64,000 nucleotides of DNA, taken from assembly GCA_964035575.1 (NCBI GenBank), contig OZ037833.1, positions 1,550,001 through 1,614,000 of the forward strand, written 5' to 3'. This document shows positions 11,600 through 25,800 of the stretch, piece after piece. This stretch comes from Rhynchopus sp. YZ270_cl-10. Lineage: Eukaryota. The translations under genes and the position numbers were made by a program. The notes under the pieces are model-generated. The model saw nothing but the letters and a program-made list of their open reading frames with translations, was not told the origin of the DNA and ran no database searches. The first letter of the stretch is position 1. Every line of letters starts with the position of its first letter.

Positions 11600-11778
11600 G
11601 TGTGCTGCTCCCGCTTCCACTCATCAGCCAGATGAACGGGGATCATTGCAAACACAGGGACACGAATCCTGTGTGATGTAGGTTCCGGTTGGGAAACAAA
11701 TGTACACAGTACACAAACAAACATATCCCCCCAGTTCATTTCTCTGACACTAACTAGCTACTGTCCGTTTTAAGCACC

Positions 11779-12402
11779 TCAGAACTTGGCGAACTTCTTG
11801 AAGCGGGACTCCAGACGCTGCTTTCCCTTGGGGTTCACCTTCAGCACGTTGAAACGCACGGTCTTGGACAGAGGGCGGCACTGTCCGCACACAACCTCGT
11901 CTCCGACCTGTGGAAAAAATGATTTGGAAATATGTGAAGAAAAAACACAAGGCAAAGTACATACACGCTGGCCAACGAAGGCGGGGGACACGTGGGCGGC
12001 GAAGTTCTGGTGACGCTTCTCGTACCTCTGGTACTTGGTGACCCAGTGAAGGTAGTCACGACGCACGACGAGGGTACGCGACATCTTGACGGACCTGACC
12101 ACTCCACGGATGATACGTCCACGGATGGACACGTTTCCGGTCCAGGGGCACTTCTTGTCAACGTAGTTGTTGTCAATGGCGCTCTTCGGGGTCTTGAAGC
12201 CCAGACCAACGTTCTTCCACTGGCGGAGGTTTCCCTTGCTGGTCTTCTGGAACTTCGACTTCACCACACGGCGGGTGGCGCAGAAGACGTTACCCTGTGT
12301 TGAGAAGTGTGGTTACGTTGATATAAAGCACAATCACATGACACTACATACCTGCTTCTGGAACGCACGCTCCACCTGCTCACCGGCATCGTAGGCAACC
12401 AT
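11779..12402 (-). CDS. RPS11: 40S ribosomal protein S11, copy 2
   Basis: Near-identical to copy 1, including both introns. Confidence 0.95.
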
Positions 12403-12822
12403 TGTGTTTTAGTATTGGACAGTAACCTGTGGGGAGGTGAAATCGAGGGAACTATTTGTCATATACCACAACGTATCACACAAAGTTGGTCAGGTGCAGA
12501 AAAGTACTCCCGCCCATAGTCTTTTTTTTCCCTACTCCTATTGTTTCTGATTCCCGCATCCGTTCGCAAACCCACCTCCCAACCTTACACGGCTCCTGAC
12601 AGTCCGCTGCCATGATACTCAGATCATCCTTCGTTCAGCATCCTGGATAAGCTGCTCACTTCGAAGGCATCTCTACTGTTCAGTTCGATTCGATGATACT
12701 TGCAATAGCAAGGAGCTAGGGATAAAACACACACAGTCCTCATTCACGAACAGATGGCGGTCAGGCACACAAGCCTGTTCCTGTTCCATTCACTAATAAA
12801 TTACAGAGCCCTTCCAAACTCA

Positions 12823-13445
12823 TCAGAACTTGGCGAACTTCTTGAAGCGGGACTCCAGACGCTGCTTTCCCTTGGGGTTCACCTTCAGCACGTTGAAACG
12901 CACGGTCTTGGACAGAGGGCGGCACTGTCCGCACACAACCTCGTCTCCGACCTGTGGAAAAAATGATGGGAAATATGTGAAGAAAAAACACAAGGCAAAG
13001 TACATACACGCTGGCCAACGAAGGCGGGGGACACGTGGGCGGCGAAGTTCTGGTGACGCTTCTCGTACCTCTGGTACTTGGTGACCCAGTGAAGGTAGTC
13101 ACGACGCACGACGAGGGTACGCGACATCTTGACGGACCTGACCACTCCACGGATGATACGTCCACGGATGGACACGTTTCCGGTCCAGGGGCACTTCTTG
13201 TCAACGTAGTTGTTGTCAATGGCGCTCTTCGGGGTCTTGAAGCCCAGACCAACGTTCTTCCACTGGCGGAGGTTTCCCTTGCTGGTCTTCTGGAACTTCG
13301 ACTTCACCACACGGCGGGTGGCGCAGAAGACGTTACCCTGTGTTGAGAAGTGTGGTTACGTTGATATAAAGCACAATCACATGACACTACATACCTGCTT
13401 CTGGAACGCACGCTCCACCTGCTCACCGGCATCGTAGGCAACCAT
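12823..13445 (-). CDS. RPS11: 40S ribosomal protein S11, copy 3
   Basis: Near-identical to the other copies. Confidence 0.95.
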
Positions 13446-14009
13446 TTTTATGATTTATCTGGGGTGGTAAGTAATTGGGAGTCGATGGATGAAAGAGACA
13501 CCAAAGAGCAGAGTCGATAAAGAAGCTAACATGTAGGAACGCCTACACTACAGTACCAAAGAATAGTAATGGTTACTTTTGCGCAAGCTTTGTTTGAGTA
13601 CGTACAGAAATATGAAGAGATATAGAGAGATATAAAATACAGGGCTTTTTTTTTGCTTTTCACCATTCGTGAGCACGTACCCACAAGTACATATTAAGGG
13701 TCACCTTAGAGATTCAGTTGCCACACAACTATTCGTTAATGATGAAGCGATGTCCAAAAAAACGTGATAACGCCGTTCCTCCTCTGACGGCTGTTCTTGA
13801 AGCGCTCTGTGCAAGAAGTGCACAACAAATGAGAAGGAAGTTCGAAAACAGATTTCGTTCAAAAAGAAAACACGAAAGATGGAAGTGCCCCGCTGGCACA
13901 CGCATCTTTCAAGTGAAAATAAAACGGGGTAGAAAAGGCATCTACGGCACATGCACAGCTGCGCCGAACAACAAGTCTGAAACTGTCACACACATATGGC
14001 GTTGGTTAC

Positions 14010-14633
14010 TCAGAACTTGGCGAACTTCTTGAAGCGGGACTCCAGACGCTGCTTTCCCTTGGGGTTCACCTTCAGCACGTTGAAACGCACAGTCTTGGAC
14101 AGAGGGCGGCACTGTCCGCACACAACCTCGTCTCCGACCTGTGGAAAAAATGATTTGGAAATATGTGAAGAAAAAACACAAGGCAAAGTACATACACGCT
14201 GGCCAACGAAGGCGGGGGACACGTGGGCGGCGAAGTTCTGGTGACGCTTCTCGTACCTCTGGTACTTGGTGACCCAGTGAAGGTAGTCACGACGCACGAC
14301 GAGGGTACGCGACATCTTGACGGACCTGACCACTCCACGGATGATACGTCCACGGATGGACACGTTTCCGGTCCAGGGGCACTTCTTGTCAACGTAGTTG
14401 TTGTCAATGGCGCTCTTCGGGGTCTTGAAGCCCAGACCAACGTTCTTCCACTGGCGGAGGTTTCCCTTGCTGGTCTTCTGGAACTTCGACTTCACCACAC
14501 GGCGGGTGGCGCAGAAGACGTTACCCTGTGTTGAGAAGTGTGGTTACGTTGATATAAAGCACAATCACATGACACTACATACCTGCTTCTGGAACGCACG
14601 CTCCACCTGCTCACCGGCATCGTAGGCAACCAT
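14010..14633 (-). CDS. RPS11: 40S ribosomal protein S11, copy 4
   Basis: Near-identical to the other copies. Confidence 0.95.
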
Positions 14634-14774
14634 TTTTAAAAATTACTTTTTTCTTCTGTGTTGTGTTGCTTTTTTACCTCAATTATTTGGTTCCCTCCGA
14701 AATATGACCCCTCTTTTTTTCAAAATAGTAACTGAATCCTCAAAGTTAAGCTGGTGTAAGGCTAGTGTAGTGTG

Positions 14775-17700
14775 CTAATGGTTATTGGAGAGGCTGTGGG
14801 AGGAGCTGGACGGGCGCAGGGGTGGGAGGGGCATGCTGCCACGTCTGAAGGAACCAGCGCCCCCTTCGCAGAGCGAAGTGAGCGTGCTGCCAACAGACTC
14901 GAGCTCGAGGTCGTGCTGCACACGTCGCGCCTCCTCCCGCCGCTGTGCGTCTTGTGCCGCCTGTTGCTGCGCACACTGCGTGCGCGCAATGATCTTCGTG
15001 ACCTCCTCCACCTTCCCCTCCAGACGCTTCTCCTTGCTCAGGTACCGCTCCTCCTCCTGACGCCGCTTCTTCATCATTTTGAAGCGCTTCCCCCGCTTCT
15101 TCGATCCATTCACCCACACCATTGCGGCCTCCGTCAGCGGCGGCTGGTCGGTGTTCTGAACAGGCGTGGGCGGGGTGTCGCCTCGTTCCCTACTGTGCGT
15201 CGGTGGTGTTGGTGTAGGTGTGCTCAGTGGCGTGCGTGACGACGCACGTGGTGGCGCTTGCACCACTGGTGTGGACACGACAGGCGGCTGGTGTGAGGCG
15301 GACCTAGAGAAGGCTTCAAAGATCTCACCCATCTTCGACATTTCTGAGGTGTCGACGGCTGGTGCAAAGTCGACGGACACCTCACCGTACTCGTCAGGGT
15401 CGTCGTCGACCCATCTGGCACGTTCTAGCTTTGTGCGTGACAGCACGCCTCGGAAGAGGGCTTGCACCTTGACTGCTGCGCGCGTCTGCTTGCGCATCTG
15501 CTCGCGTCGATGAAGCATTCTTCGGTACCATCGTGCGATCTTGGCTGAGGCTGCACAGACACGGACCTGGTGTTTCCGCTTTGCGTATGCGGTGTTGGCG
15601 GTCCATGTGTGCTGCAGGTGTGCGGTGCCGTGCGTGGCGTGGACTTGGAGGTGCTGCACGGCGAGGTCGTGCACGGCGTCGTTGTGCTGCACTGCGTTGG
15701 TGCGCTGTGCTGCGTCGAGGGCACACATCTCACGTATCTGGCAGAGGCAGGCATCATCGTAGGCGCGCATACCGTACGTCTCATCTGCAGTGTCGCTGGG
15801 CAGTGCAGGCGCGTCACGGTACGCAGCATTCACCCGATCGTTGTTCAGCTGCTGCAACGCAGGCAGCGCCGCACACACCGCTGCCGCCACCTCTGGTGCC
15901 TCCGTCCACATCGGGTTGTCGTTGATGTTGAGATGGGTCAGGCGCTGCAGAAACTCCACAGACTGCACAAAGGCGTCGATGTTGTTCTGTCAAGGAGAAG
16001 GTAAAATGATCAAGAAACGAAAATGCATTTTAAACGGGGGGGGTGCTATGTCCATACCAACTCATTAAAGGAGAGCTCCACGACCTTGAGGTGCAGACAC
16101 CCCCGCATGCCGGAGGAGTCGGTGAGGCGGTTGCTCGACACGTTCAGCAGTGTGAGACATGGGAGGTGAGTTAGGTCTGGGATCTGTGAAGTGGTGTGTT
16201 TGACATGGTAATTCATGGAATGGTTGTCTTAATTTGGTCACTGCAGAAGACCTTGGTGTGTTAAATCAATTTTGGAATTCTTAAGTAATACGACGCAATG
16301 TGTACATACCTCACGCATGAAATTGTCCGCAAGCTGAAGGCTCCGCAGCAGCACGCAATTCATGCGCGAGGGGATTGCGGTGATGCGGTTGTTGAAGAGA
16401 TGCGCCTCCAGCAGCAGCGGGCAGCTGCGGAAGACATTCGTCACGTCACCCAAGGCATTCCGCGCTGCGTTGAGGTACGTGAGCGACGACACCTCAGGCA
16501 GGTCCAAGGACGAAAGGTTGTTCCCAAAGACGTCCAGCCGGATCAGCGCCTCGCACTGCTTCAGGTCCGACAGCCCCGCCACGCAGTTGTGCCGTGCTGA
16601 CAAATCCTGTAAATGATTGCAGCAACTTATCCCCTTCAACGACCCTGAGCTATTACTGTCCACACGGAGTCGCCGCAAATTCGGGAACCCTGCAAGGAAC
16701 TCTGTGGAGGTGAGTTTGTTCTCTGTGAGGTCCACATCTGTGATGGAAGGGAACGTACCGGTCACATCCTCCACCTCGTTGTTTGCGAGGTGCAGCGAGT
16801 CGAGCTGAGGAAGACATTGGAAGGGACCTTGGACACGCTTTACGCCTTCCAAGGTAAGCGTCAGGCTTGTTGTCGATGGGTCGTAATTCTGCAGACGCGT
16901 GTCGTCCAGCACAACTGTGCCTGACAGCGGCTGCGGCGGCTCGCTGATTGGCCTAGCGCGGTTGAGGGGCGAGGTTCTCCATCCTGCGGACATAACTCTG
17001 CGTTGCTGGAGGTGGTGGATGGCAGCAGGATCGAAGAATTGCAGCCAATGGTTGCGGAGGGTTTCTTGGAGGCGGAGGGCGTCTGATCGTTTGGGGCGTG
17101 GGGGCGGGGTGGCTTTGTGGGTGGTGGGGCAGACGCGGCGGAGCATTGCGAGTGCGTGCACCTGACCTTGCGCGGTTTTGTGGTTGCTGTCATTGTACGC
17201 AGCACGGCGGCGACGTAGCACCGCAACCTCCGTCAGCACCTTCTCCACCGCCATGTGGTCGCACTCCGCTTCCCCTATAACCCCATGACGCGCCGTACAC
17301 TCACCCTCGACCACCACACCACGTGCCCCCCTCTCTGCCTCGTACAGATGCTCCACCTCACCCACAAACCTCTTCAACGTCTCACCTACCCACACAACCA
17401 TCTCCTCCATCCCCTTCGTGGCATCATATCCCAACCCATCACGCCCCGCTGTTTCATTCGTCAAGCACGTCAACACTGCGTTCTGCTGCGCAGCCAAGAG
17501 AGCGTTGAGCTGACATAGGGTGTGCCCCAATTCATCCCTACCTGAGGTTTCTGTGGAGAGGAGCACGTCGCGGGCGAGGTTCTCTGCGTTGAGGGTTGGG
17601 CGGAGTGCGGTGGCGAGGCGTTCGTCTGCTTCGGCTGCGAAGGCGACGCGCCTTGCGTGGAGGACGGCAGCATCCCTGCGGGCACGTTCCTGCAGGAGAA

Positions 17701-18865
17701 GCGCAGCGTGGTGTGACTCGACCTCCGCTGCTTCCATGCGCAACGTCTCCCCTTGCTGTCGTAACACACAGAACCGTGCACGGTCCTCCGCACGCCGTCG
17801 TGCATTCTCCTCCACAAGCCCGCGCATCCGCGCCTCCTCCCTCTCCACACGCACCCTCTCCTCCTCTGCCTCGCGTGCAGCCCGCTGCCTCCCCTCCTCT
17901 CTCCGTGCCTCCGCCTCCTCCTCCAACGCCAGCGCCGCTGCCTGCGACTCCCGCGCCACCTCAGCCTCCCTCATCTCCAACCCTGCAGAGAACTCCATAT
18001 CACGCAGCCTCGCCTCTGAAGCTATCTGCTCATAGTTCGTAGGCATCAAGGTGGGCTCGAGGATGGGCTCGAGGATGGGCGTCACAACTTCTTGCAAGGT
18101 CTCTTGCGTGCTTTCGGGGAGGATCTCGAGGGTGTGTGGTGCCTTCCGGCTGCTCCGTTCCTCTAAGGCTAGGGTAACTGCGACGCGGGCCTCCTCCTGC
18201 TGGATCGCCTCTTCGCGGCGTCTGGCTGCGTTCTCTGCTGCAAACCCTTCTTGCAGTTGTTGCAGTGCTGTGATGTCTACTAGGCCACGGTCCTCATCGT
18301 CACTGATGTCTGAGAGATGCAGGATGTCGTCGCCCACTGTGGATGTCTTCTCTTCGGATGCACCGTCGGATCCGTTCATGTTGAGGGTGTCTGGGAGGCG
18401 GACGGTCTCAGCAGGCACAGCGCGCACCATGGAGAGGAGGTCGTCGATGTCGTCTTGCACTTCAGTGTCCTTGGCCTCGCTTGCTTGCAGGAAGGATTGG
18501 AAGCGTGCGCAGCTGTCCGCCCATTTGGCGTCGACAGCAACACCGACGTCTTTATTGAGAAACGAAAGGTCAATCTCGGTGTCGTCCTCGGGAGGGGGGT
18601 GTGCGCAGCTTGGCTTCGAGGTGGTTGCAGGTCGTGACGTCACCACAGCAGCACTCCCCGCCATGTGCAGGGTGTCGGTGCTCAGGAGGGGTGCCGCGTG
18701 GCTCACACTGCGCAGCTCCGCTTCGCTCCACGTAGGCACCGGGTACTCCAGGTCACGGCAGGGGAGGCGTGCATTTTCGGTTTTGGTCAGCGATACCTTC
18801 TGCAGCGCACGGTCCACAATCGCCTCATAGTCTGTGTCGGGACCGCTCATCTCATTGGTTAGCAT
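14775..18865 (-). CDS. Leucine-rich-repeat and IQ-motif protein (LRRIQ1-like); exons 18865-16310, 16183-16058, 15986-14775
   Basis: Coiled coil, many LxxLxLxxN repeats, LRR cap (LNINDNPM...LPALQQLN), IQ motifs IARWYRR and VQALFRGVLSR; GT-AG introns keep the frame. Confidence 0.8.
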
Positions 18866-20914
18866 TTCATCAGAGACATGTGTAAATGGTGTTCTGAGGT
18901 TTGATATCAAAATGGGGTTTTTTTTGGGAGGTTTTCACAGACGCTGCCACATCTTACCGACACCGACAACGCGAATCATCCACCAAAAAGGCGTCCCACA
19001 CTGTCATTCAGTGTACACGAAGAACAGAAGAATACATACCCGCAAACCCATATCAAAAGAGTATTAGGGCAACTGCAAGGAGTGAGTAGGAATAGAAAAG
19101 GGGGGTGGGTGTGTCATTTATTTTTGTGTTTTTTGTGCTTTTTTTTTTTTTTTGTATTTTGTCGTTTTTTTTTGTTTTTTTTTGTACCCGAAAATGAAAA
19201 CCGAAGCCTTTTTTTTGTAAACCTGTTTAAAAAAAAGAAAGAAGAGAAGGACATTGAAGACACCCAAAAAAAAATAGGTCGCATCCAACGTCCTTCACAT
19301 AGAATAGTGGAAAATGGTTGAACGTGCAAAACGCCTCTGGCAGAGGACACCGGTTTCCGTGGGGTATTGAAGCAACCGTACGGGGCTTCTTGAGGAAAAC
19401 CCAATGTGGTGTCGACAGCAGAACACAGACACACTCACCCAAAAGATAAATAAAAATAAAAATAAAAATCTCTGTTCGGGGATGACCACGACCCCCCAAG
19501 GGACGTCCACCCCCAAATTGTTTTTCTTTTATTTCGTTTCTTGAAAGATATAAATATACCCACCCAAAACCCTATATTTGTAACATACAAACCTAAAAAA
19601 AGACACCGATTTTCCCCGATGACCATCCATGACCTTGCACCCAAGTCAGACCAAAAAAAAGATGTACAGGTCCAACCTCTGGGTCCAAGTCCAGTCTTTA
19701 AACACATTTTGTGAATTTTATTATTGGACTATTTTTTGGTATTTTACATAAAAACCCCATTCCCGAAAGGAAGTTGTCAGAGAAAAGAAAAAGAAAAAGG
19801 ATAAATACGACGATGCAGACAGACTCTCTCCTCTGTAGCCCATCTACCAACGCAGGTTGCGATAACGTTAAGTTTCTCTACACCCCCTTACCCGTTCCTC
19901 CGCCAAGTGACCATTGCTTGGCTCCGACGAAATGATTTAAACCCCCCTCACCTTGTCTTTTGGCACGCTACCCCTTGTGGGTTGTGAAGTATACATTATC
20001 GGGTTTTGTTTAGTGGCAAGTTATTGTCCCTCTTCTTGCTCTGCAAGCAGAGAAACAGAAGTACCCTTTGGGAAGAAAAGAAAAAGACAAATGAAACGGA
20101 ATCATTATAAACGTATCCCCATCTCCCCTACTCGTTGTTGAAAAAAAAGAAGAAAAAAAGATTAGATTCATCAAAAAGAAGAAAAATTTGTAAGATGATC
20201 CTGAGCCACCTGTACTTAGTCACCTTATTATTCCCATCAAAACTCCCAAAATCCCACCCCAGATTCTTCTGTGCTTTTTTAATTGTACGTTTCCGGGGTA
20301 TAGAAGGCAAAAAAGAAAATCGTTCAGGGGGGGAACTTTTCAGTAGTCAGCGTCACGCCTACCTAGCAGGTTAAAGTGGGAAAAAGAAAATCTCTCTAAG
20401 GTGGGCAGGGGCAGGGTTTTGTGTGGAAAAAAAAACAAACAAACAAAGTTGACTTGAAATACAAAGCCCTCTCGTGACAGTGTACCTCCCAACAAAAGAG
20501 GGCGACGTTGCGAACATACAGACAACTCGCTGAACGCAAAGAGACGTTTTCTGAAATTTCGGGAATTTTTTTAAGATGAATCTAAACCTCACTGTCCTTA
20601 GCCACCTTTAAAAAAAAACTGGGAACAACGAATTGCAGGAAGAGAAGCGTTTGGTCACTCCTGGAGATAGGAAAACAATAAGGGGCGTAGAACCAAAAAG
20701 GAGGCACGAGGAAAAGGTGTGAATCTCTGCCCAATAAAAGGCTTGATTTGCGGACCACATCATTTCATCCCTCTCCCCCCTTACTTTTAGTGCCTATTTT
20801 ATTGTGGAACATAACACCCCAAGTGAGCAACAAAACATAGACCAGGCTTAGTAAGATGAACCTAAGCGAAGTCTCCCGAGGGGGATAAACAACCCTCATT
20901 CTCTCTTACTCCTA

Positions 20915-21049
20915 CACGGTGACCAGTTTGAGTGGGAGAGCGTCAAAATGCTCTCCCTGGGACAGCATATGCTCTCCCTGTGAGAGCAATTCTGAACCAG
21001 TGTTATTCGTCCACTTTTGACGCTCTCCCACATCAAACTGGCCACCGTG
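20915..21049. mobile_element. 135-bp MITE with CACGGTG termini and TA flanks
   Basis: ~35-bp imperfect TIRs CACGGTGACCAGTTTGAGTGGGAGAGCGTCAAAA. Confidence 0.75.
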
Positions 21050-22837
21050 TACCTTCCCTCTCGGCACCTCACATTGACTAAAGCCATAAAACAAATAGGG
21101 AAACACTCCCCCCTGTTAGGAGGACGTTTTTGTCAATTTATTCGCACCATATTTGTCAGCAGATTTGCACATTGGCATGATACATGAAGATACTACACAC
21201 TGTTGTTGTAGGAAAAAAAAGAGAGACTCTGGGGGTCAGAGGGGGGGAAGGGGGAGGGAGGACAGAACAGAAGAAAAGTTTATAAGATGATCCTAAGCCC
21301 CGTGTGCTTAGTCACCTACAGAAAGGGGGGGGAAAAAATGTCAATAGCCTGTTCTGACCAAGGCGCGGACGAGCAGAAACACCAAAAAAAAAGAAAATTT
21401 AAGATGAAAAAAAAAGGGGGGGGGAAAAGGTCCTCACACGAGAGATACAAAGACACTTCGTTAAAAAGCGGGGGAGTATTTCTCGGGGGGGACAAAATAG
21501 TAAGAAAGAACAGGAGATGGTATTTGTGTAGGGTTTTTTGTTATTTTTTTTTTTTGTTTATTTTTGAATGCTGTTTTCTTTGCCAAATAAATATTGCAGA
21601 TTAACCTGCATTTGTAACCATATTCAGCAAAAACACAGCAACAAAACTAAACAAAACAAAACAAAAGTTAAAGGTGAACAACGCCTGGGCGTAAGACACC
21701 ACAGATATCATGGTGATAAGCTTCTCGCTAGCCAACCCCCAAGATGAAAAAAAAACCCCCCTAATCACACCAATGAAGGTCATAAAAATAACAAAAAAAA
21801 AAAAAATAACGCTAGGCAAGCACTCCCCTCCCCTCCCTAATGCCAGGCGAAAGGGTGTGTACTTTTCATTGGTCATGAAAAGCATGGTTCGCACAACACG
21901 ACTTTTGAAAGGAGGCAAAAGGGTAGAAACATGGGGTCTCTTCTCCACCAGAAAAAAAAAAGGGCTCGCACGGGTATGTGGAGGTACTCCATATTTAAAG
22001 AGAGAAAAAAAAACGCATGACAGATGGCCCACAAAAAGCTGGGAGGAAAAAAAGAAAACTTTAAGGATGCATGTGCCTCTCTTGTGCACAAAGATGCCCC
22101 ACTTTTTCAAATAGGATCCGATCGAACAGGAAAGTCCATATCCGTTTTGCAATCTCTTTCAAAAAAAAATTTCTCCAAAAATTCCTGAGCAGAGGAAGAG
22201 AGCACAGATACGCTCTTTAAAAAAAAAACACTGCAGAAAAAGCTGTACACGCAAAGCCACATCGAACATCGAAAATGGGTTTGAAAGAATAAAGGATCAA
22301 AATGTTCCGAAATGACGGCTTTTTTTTTTTCTCCAAAAAAAATGAATGTGCGTTGCATTGCACGTGTGTCGGCCACATAGAGATCCTTTTTTTTATAGTT
22401 CTTTGAAGGTTGCAGCTTTTGTATGGGAGTGGGCGGGAATGTGGGAAATTATGTGCTCAATGAAATGAGCGGTGCGTTGGCGTTGTAAGAAGAATGAACA
22501 GGGAGGGGCGTGGTGTGCGGGAGGTGGGCTATTACCGGTAAGTGGTCTTTTCTTTGTTTACTACATTGTCACGTTTTCCCCCCCGTTATTATTACTTTTT
22601 TTGCCCTCCCGCAATGCTTTCCCCTTCCTGTCTTATCTTGTGTTGTGTTGTCTTTTTTTTCTGATTCTGCTCTTTTGTTTCTCTTGTTTTGAAAAAACAA
22701 ACGTAAAAAATATACAAACTTATTTCGTTCACGGTACAGAACACATCTAATAGATTGGCCTGTTCAAAAGGGTTTTTCTTCTTGAAAATCTTTTCTGCAC
22801 TGTGCTTTTTTTGTGGAATTATTCACCGTTTTAGACC

Positions 22838-25800
22838 CTAGAACTCCTCTGTCTGCGGCCCCACACTGCTGGAGCGTTTACCGGAGCGGAGTCCACGTGG
22901 TGACGGGGAGGGGATCATGGACATGGTGGGGGGCGAGACGACACCACCGGGGGTGGGGCTGGGTTGACGGACCTTGGAGTTCTTGACAGTGCGTCCCTTC
23001 CTTGGGGTGTGGCCGGAGACGGCAGGCTTAGGTCCGGGGCTCTGCCCACGTGCAAGCTTCTGGCTGCTGTTCAAGCTGCCCTGGTGCTTGCCGCTGCTTG
23101 CAAATGCGTCGTTAGTGCTGCTGGACAAGCTTGGCGGCCCCTCATCTTCATGCGAACGTGCATTCCACGCTCCAGTAGGCTTGGCGTAGCTCGGCACCTT
23201 TGTACCCTCATTCGAAACACTGCGTTTGCGGCCAGTGTTCGGTCCCGCCTTCCTCGGTGTCGTGAAGCCCGCGCCAAACGACTTCTTTTCCTCATCCTGC
23301 TTCGACTTCTTCAGCGCCTCGCTCTGCAGCTTCTGGCTCATCTCCTTCAGGCGGTCTGCACGCGACGTCATTGCCGTGAGCTGCGACTGCGTCTCCTTGC
23401 ACTCCTTCTTCATCTTCTTGAGGTTGTTCTCGGCGTCCTGCTTCTCAGCAGCAAGGATGCGGCCACTGGCGGCGCTGCTCTCTCGCAGCATGCGTTCGTC
23501 GGCAAGCTTCTGCTGCAGACGCTGGTTCTCCTCCCTCACCATCTCAAGCTGGATGCTCAGGTCAAGGTCCCTGCGTCCCTGCTCGGCACCTGTCATGAAA
23601 CCGGGCTGCTGCTTGATCTGGTTGAGCTGTGTTTTGAGCGAGGTCAGCTCTTCCTTCTGCTTCGTCATAAGCTCCTTCGTCTGTGCAAGACTCTCGCCCT
23701 CACGCTCGTAGGCCTCCTTCATGGTCTGGTACTGTTTCGTGGTCTCCTTCACACGTTGCTGCAGGTCTGCCACACGCTGCTTCTCGCTGCGTGCTGTCTG
23801 CTCAGCGTAGTTGCGGCTGCCCTCTGCCTGCTTGCGCTCGGTCTCGAGAAGCTCAAGACGCTCCTTGAGGGATTCGTTCTCCTGCAGACGCTTCTGCTCC
23901 TGCTCCTTCTTCTTGGGGTCGTTCTGGATGCCCTTGATCTTGTCGATGAGGCCCTGCTTCTCCTGCTTCAGCTGCTCGCATTCCTTCTGCAGGTGCAGCG
24001 AGTTGTCTGACTCCTGCTGCACAAGTTCCTTTTCTCTGTCCATAGTCTCGCGGTAGTCCGACAGACGCGACTGCTGCTCCTTGAGCTCGTCCTGCAGGGA
24101 GAGGTAGTGCTTCGAGAGGCGGCGCAGGTTCCCGTCCAGCTGCTCCTTCTCCTCCACAAGGCTCTGCATGTTCGAGTCTTTCTTCTCGAGCAGGATCTGC
24201 ATCTGCTTCACCTCCTCTGAGGCAGACTCACGGCGCAGGTCCTTCTCCACACCGAGCTCCTTTGTCATGTGCTTCACAGACTCCTCTGTCTCCGTGAGGC
24301 TGTCGCGTGTGCGCTCGAGCTCTGTCTTGAGGCTGGCAATCTCCTGAATGGAAGCGCTCAGGTTGTCGCGAAGCTTGCTGTTGGAGTCGACAGTCTTCTG
24401 CTTGGTGCCGAGGGCGGCCTCGAGGAGTGTCTCGCTCTTGTGCCATTCGTACTTTGCGTTGGTGTACGACGTCTCGAGGCTCTCGATGATGTGCTCCTTG
24501 CTGTTCATGCGCTCCTCGTACTCCTCCACAAGCTGGTCCAGCTTGTCCTGCAGGGCTGCCTTCTCGGTAGCAGCGCCCTGCTTGTGCGACTGCAGCAGAC
24601 GGTCCTTCTCACGCATCTGCTTCAGGATCTCATCCTCGCGGTACGTCTTGTCCACAATCTCGTTCTTAAGGCGCTCCTCAGTGGCCGCGAACTGCTCCGT
24701 CGCGTCGGCAAGCTGCAGGCGTGCGTCATCAAGGTCTGTGACCTTCTCATCCATCTCCTTACGGAACTGTTCCGACTGCTTCTCACGCCGCTTCTTCTCC
24801 GTCACCTCAACCATGTTGCGTGCAGTCAGCTCTGCGACAGGCTCTGTCACGGTGGTCCACTTCCGCAGCTCGCTGTCCCACTGCATCACCTTCAGGCCTG
24901 TGTCGCGCGAGCGCACCAGCATGGGGACGCTGGGGTCCTCACCTGGCGCAGGGCCGTCGATGCTTAGGTCTGACTCGAGTGGGATCTCCTTCACATCGAT
25001 GGTGCCCCCGAGGATGGTTGTGAGGCGGCGTGCACATTCGACCTCTGCCTTCTTCTTGTCCACAAGCGTGATGGCCGCTAGCTCCGCCTGCATGGTGTCA
25101 GCAAGCGTCCAGCAGCCCGTCTCCGAGTCGCCCTTCCACACGTAGACTGCGGGTTGGCCAGTCTCCCCACGCACAAGCACCTGGTCGCCTTCGCGCCCCT
25201 TGGCAGCAAGGCCCTCGTCGATGCTGGGCAGCAGTGCCGAGTCGAGCCCACTGCCCTGCAGCATGTCCGTGACACGCTTCGCAGTGACGTGCGCCATCTT
25301 CTCCTGGGCAACCTTCGCACGCTCAAGCTTGTTGCAGCGCTGGTGGAACTGGTAGCAGTCGCTCACGTTCGCTGGGTCCACAAAGATGAAGTTGAAGTCG
25401 CCAACCTGGATCTTAGACCCGCTCATGAGCTTTTCCCTTCCTGTGACCTGGAGGCCGTCGACAAGCAGCTCTGGGATGGTGTCGTCCTCGCGTGGGGTGG
25501 GTGCGATCTGCTTGCCGTCGTAGGGCTGCCCGCAGGTTGGGATCAGAGAGACGATGCCCTTCTCGCGGATGAAGAGTGCGTGGTAGTCGTGCACACCCTT
25601 GGACTTGGGGAGCTTGATGGTGTGGTCTGCCTTGGTCATGAGGTTGGTGGCAGATGCATCGGCGCAGGGGACGGATGTGCCGGTGCGTTCCACAGAGGAG
25701 ATGTAGCAGGTCGCTGTGCCCTCGATCCAGAAGAGAAGGTTCTCGTGCAGTGTCGGCAGCGGGTCGATCTGGAGCAGGTACGGCTGCTCCTTCCACACCA

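Noticed and set aside
19082..22750. Many Phe/Lys-rich short ORFs (also 44-57 kb)
   Set aside because: Products of homopolymer-rich non-coding DNA
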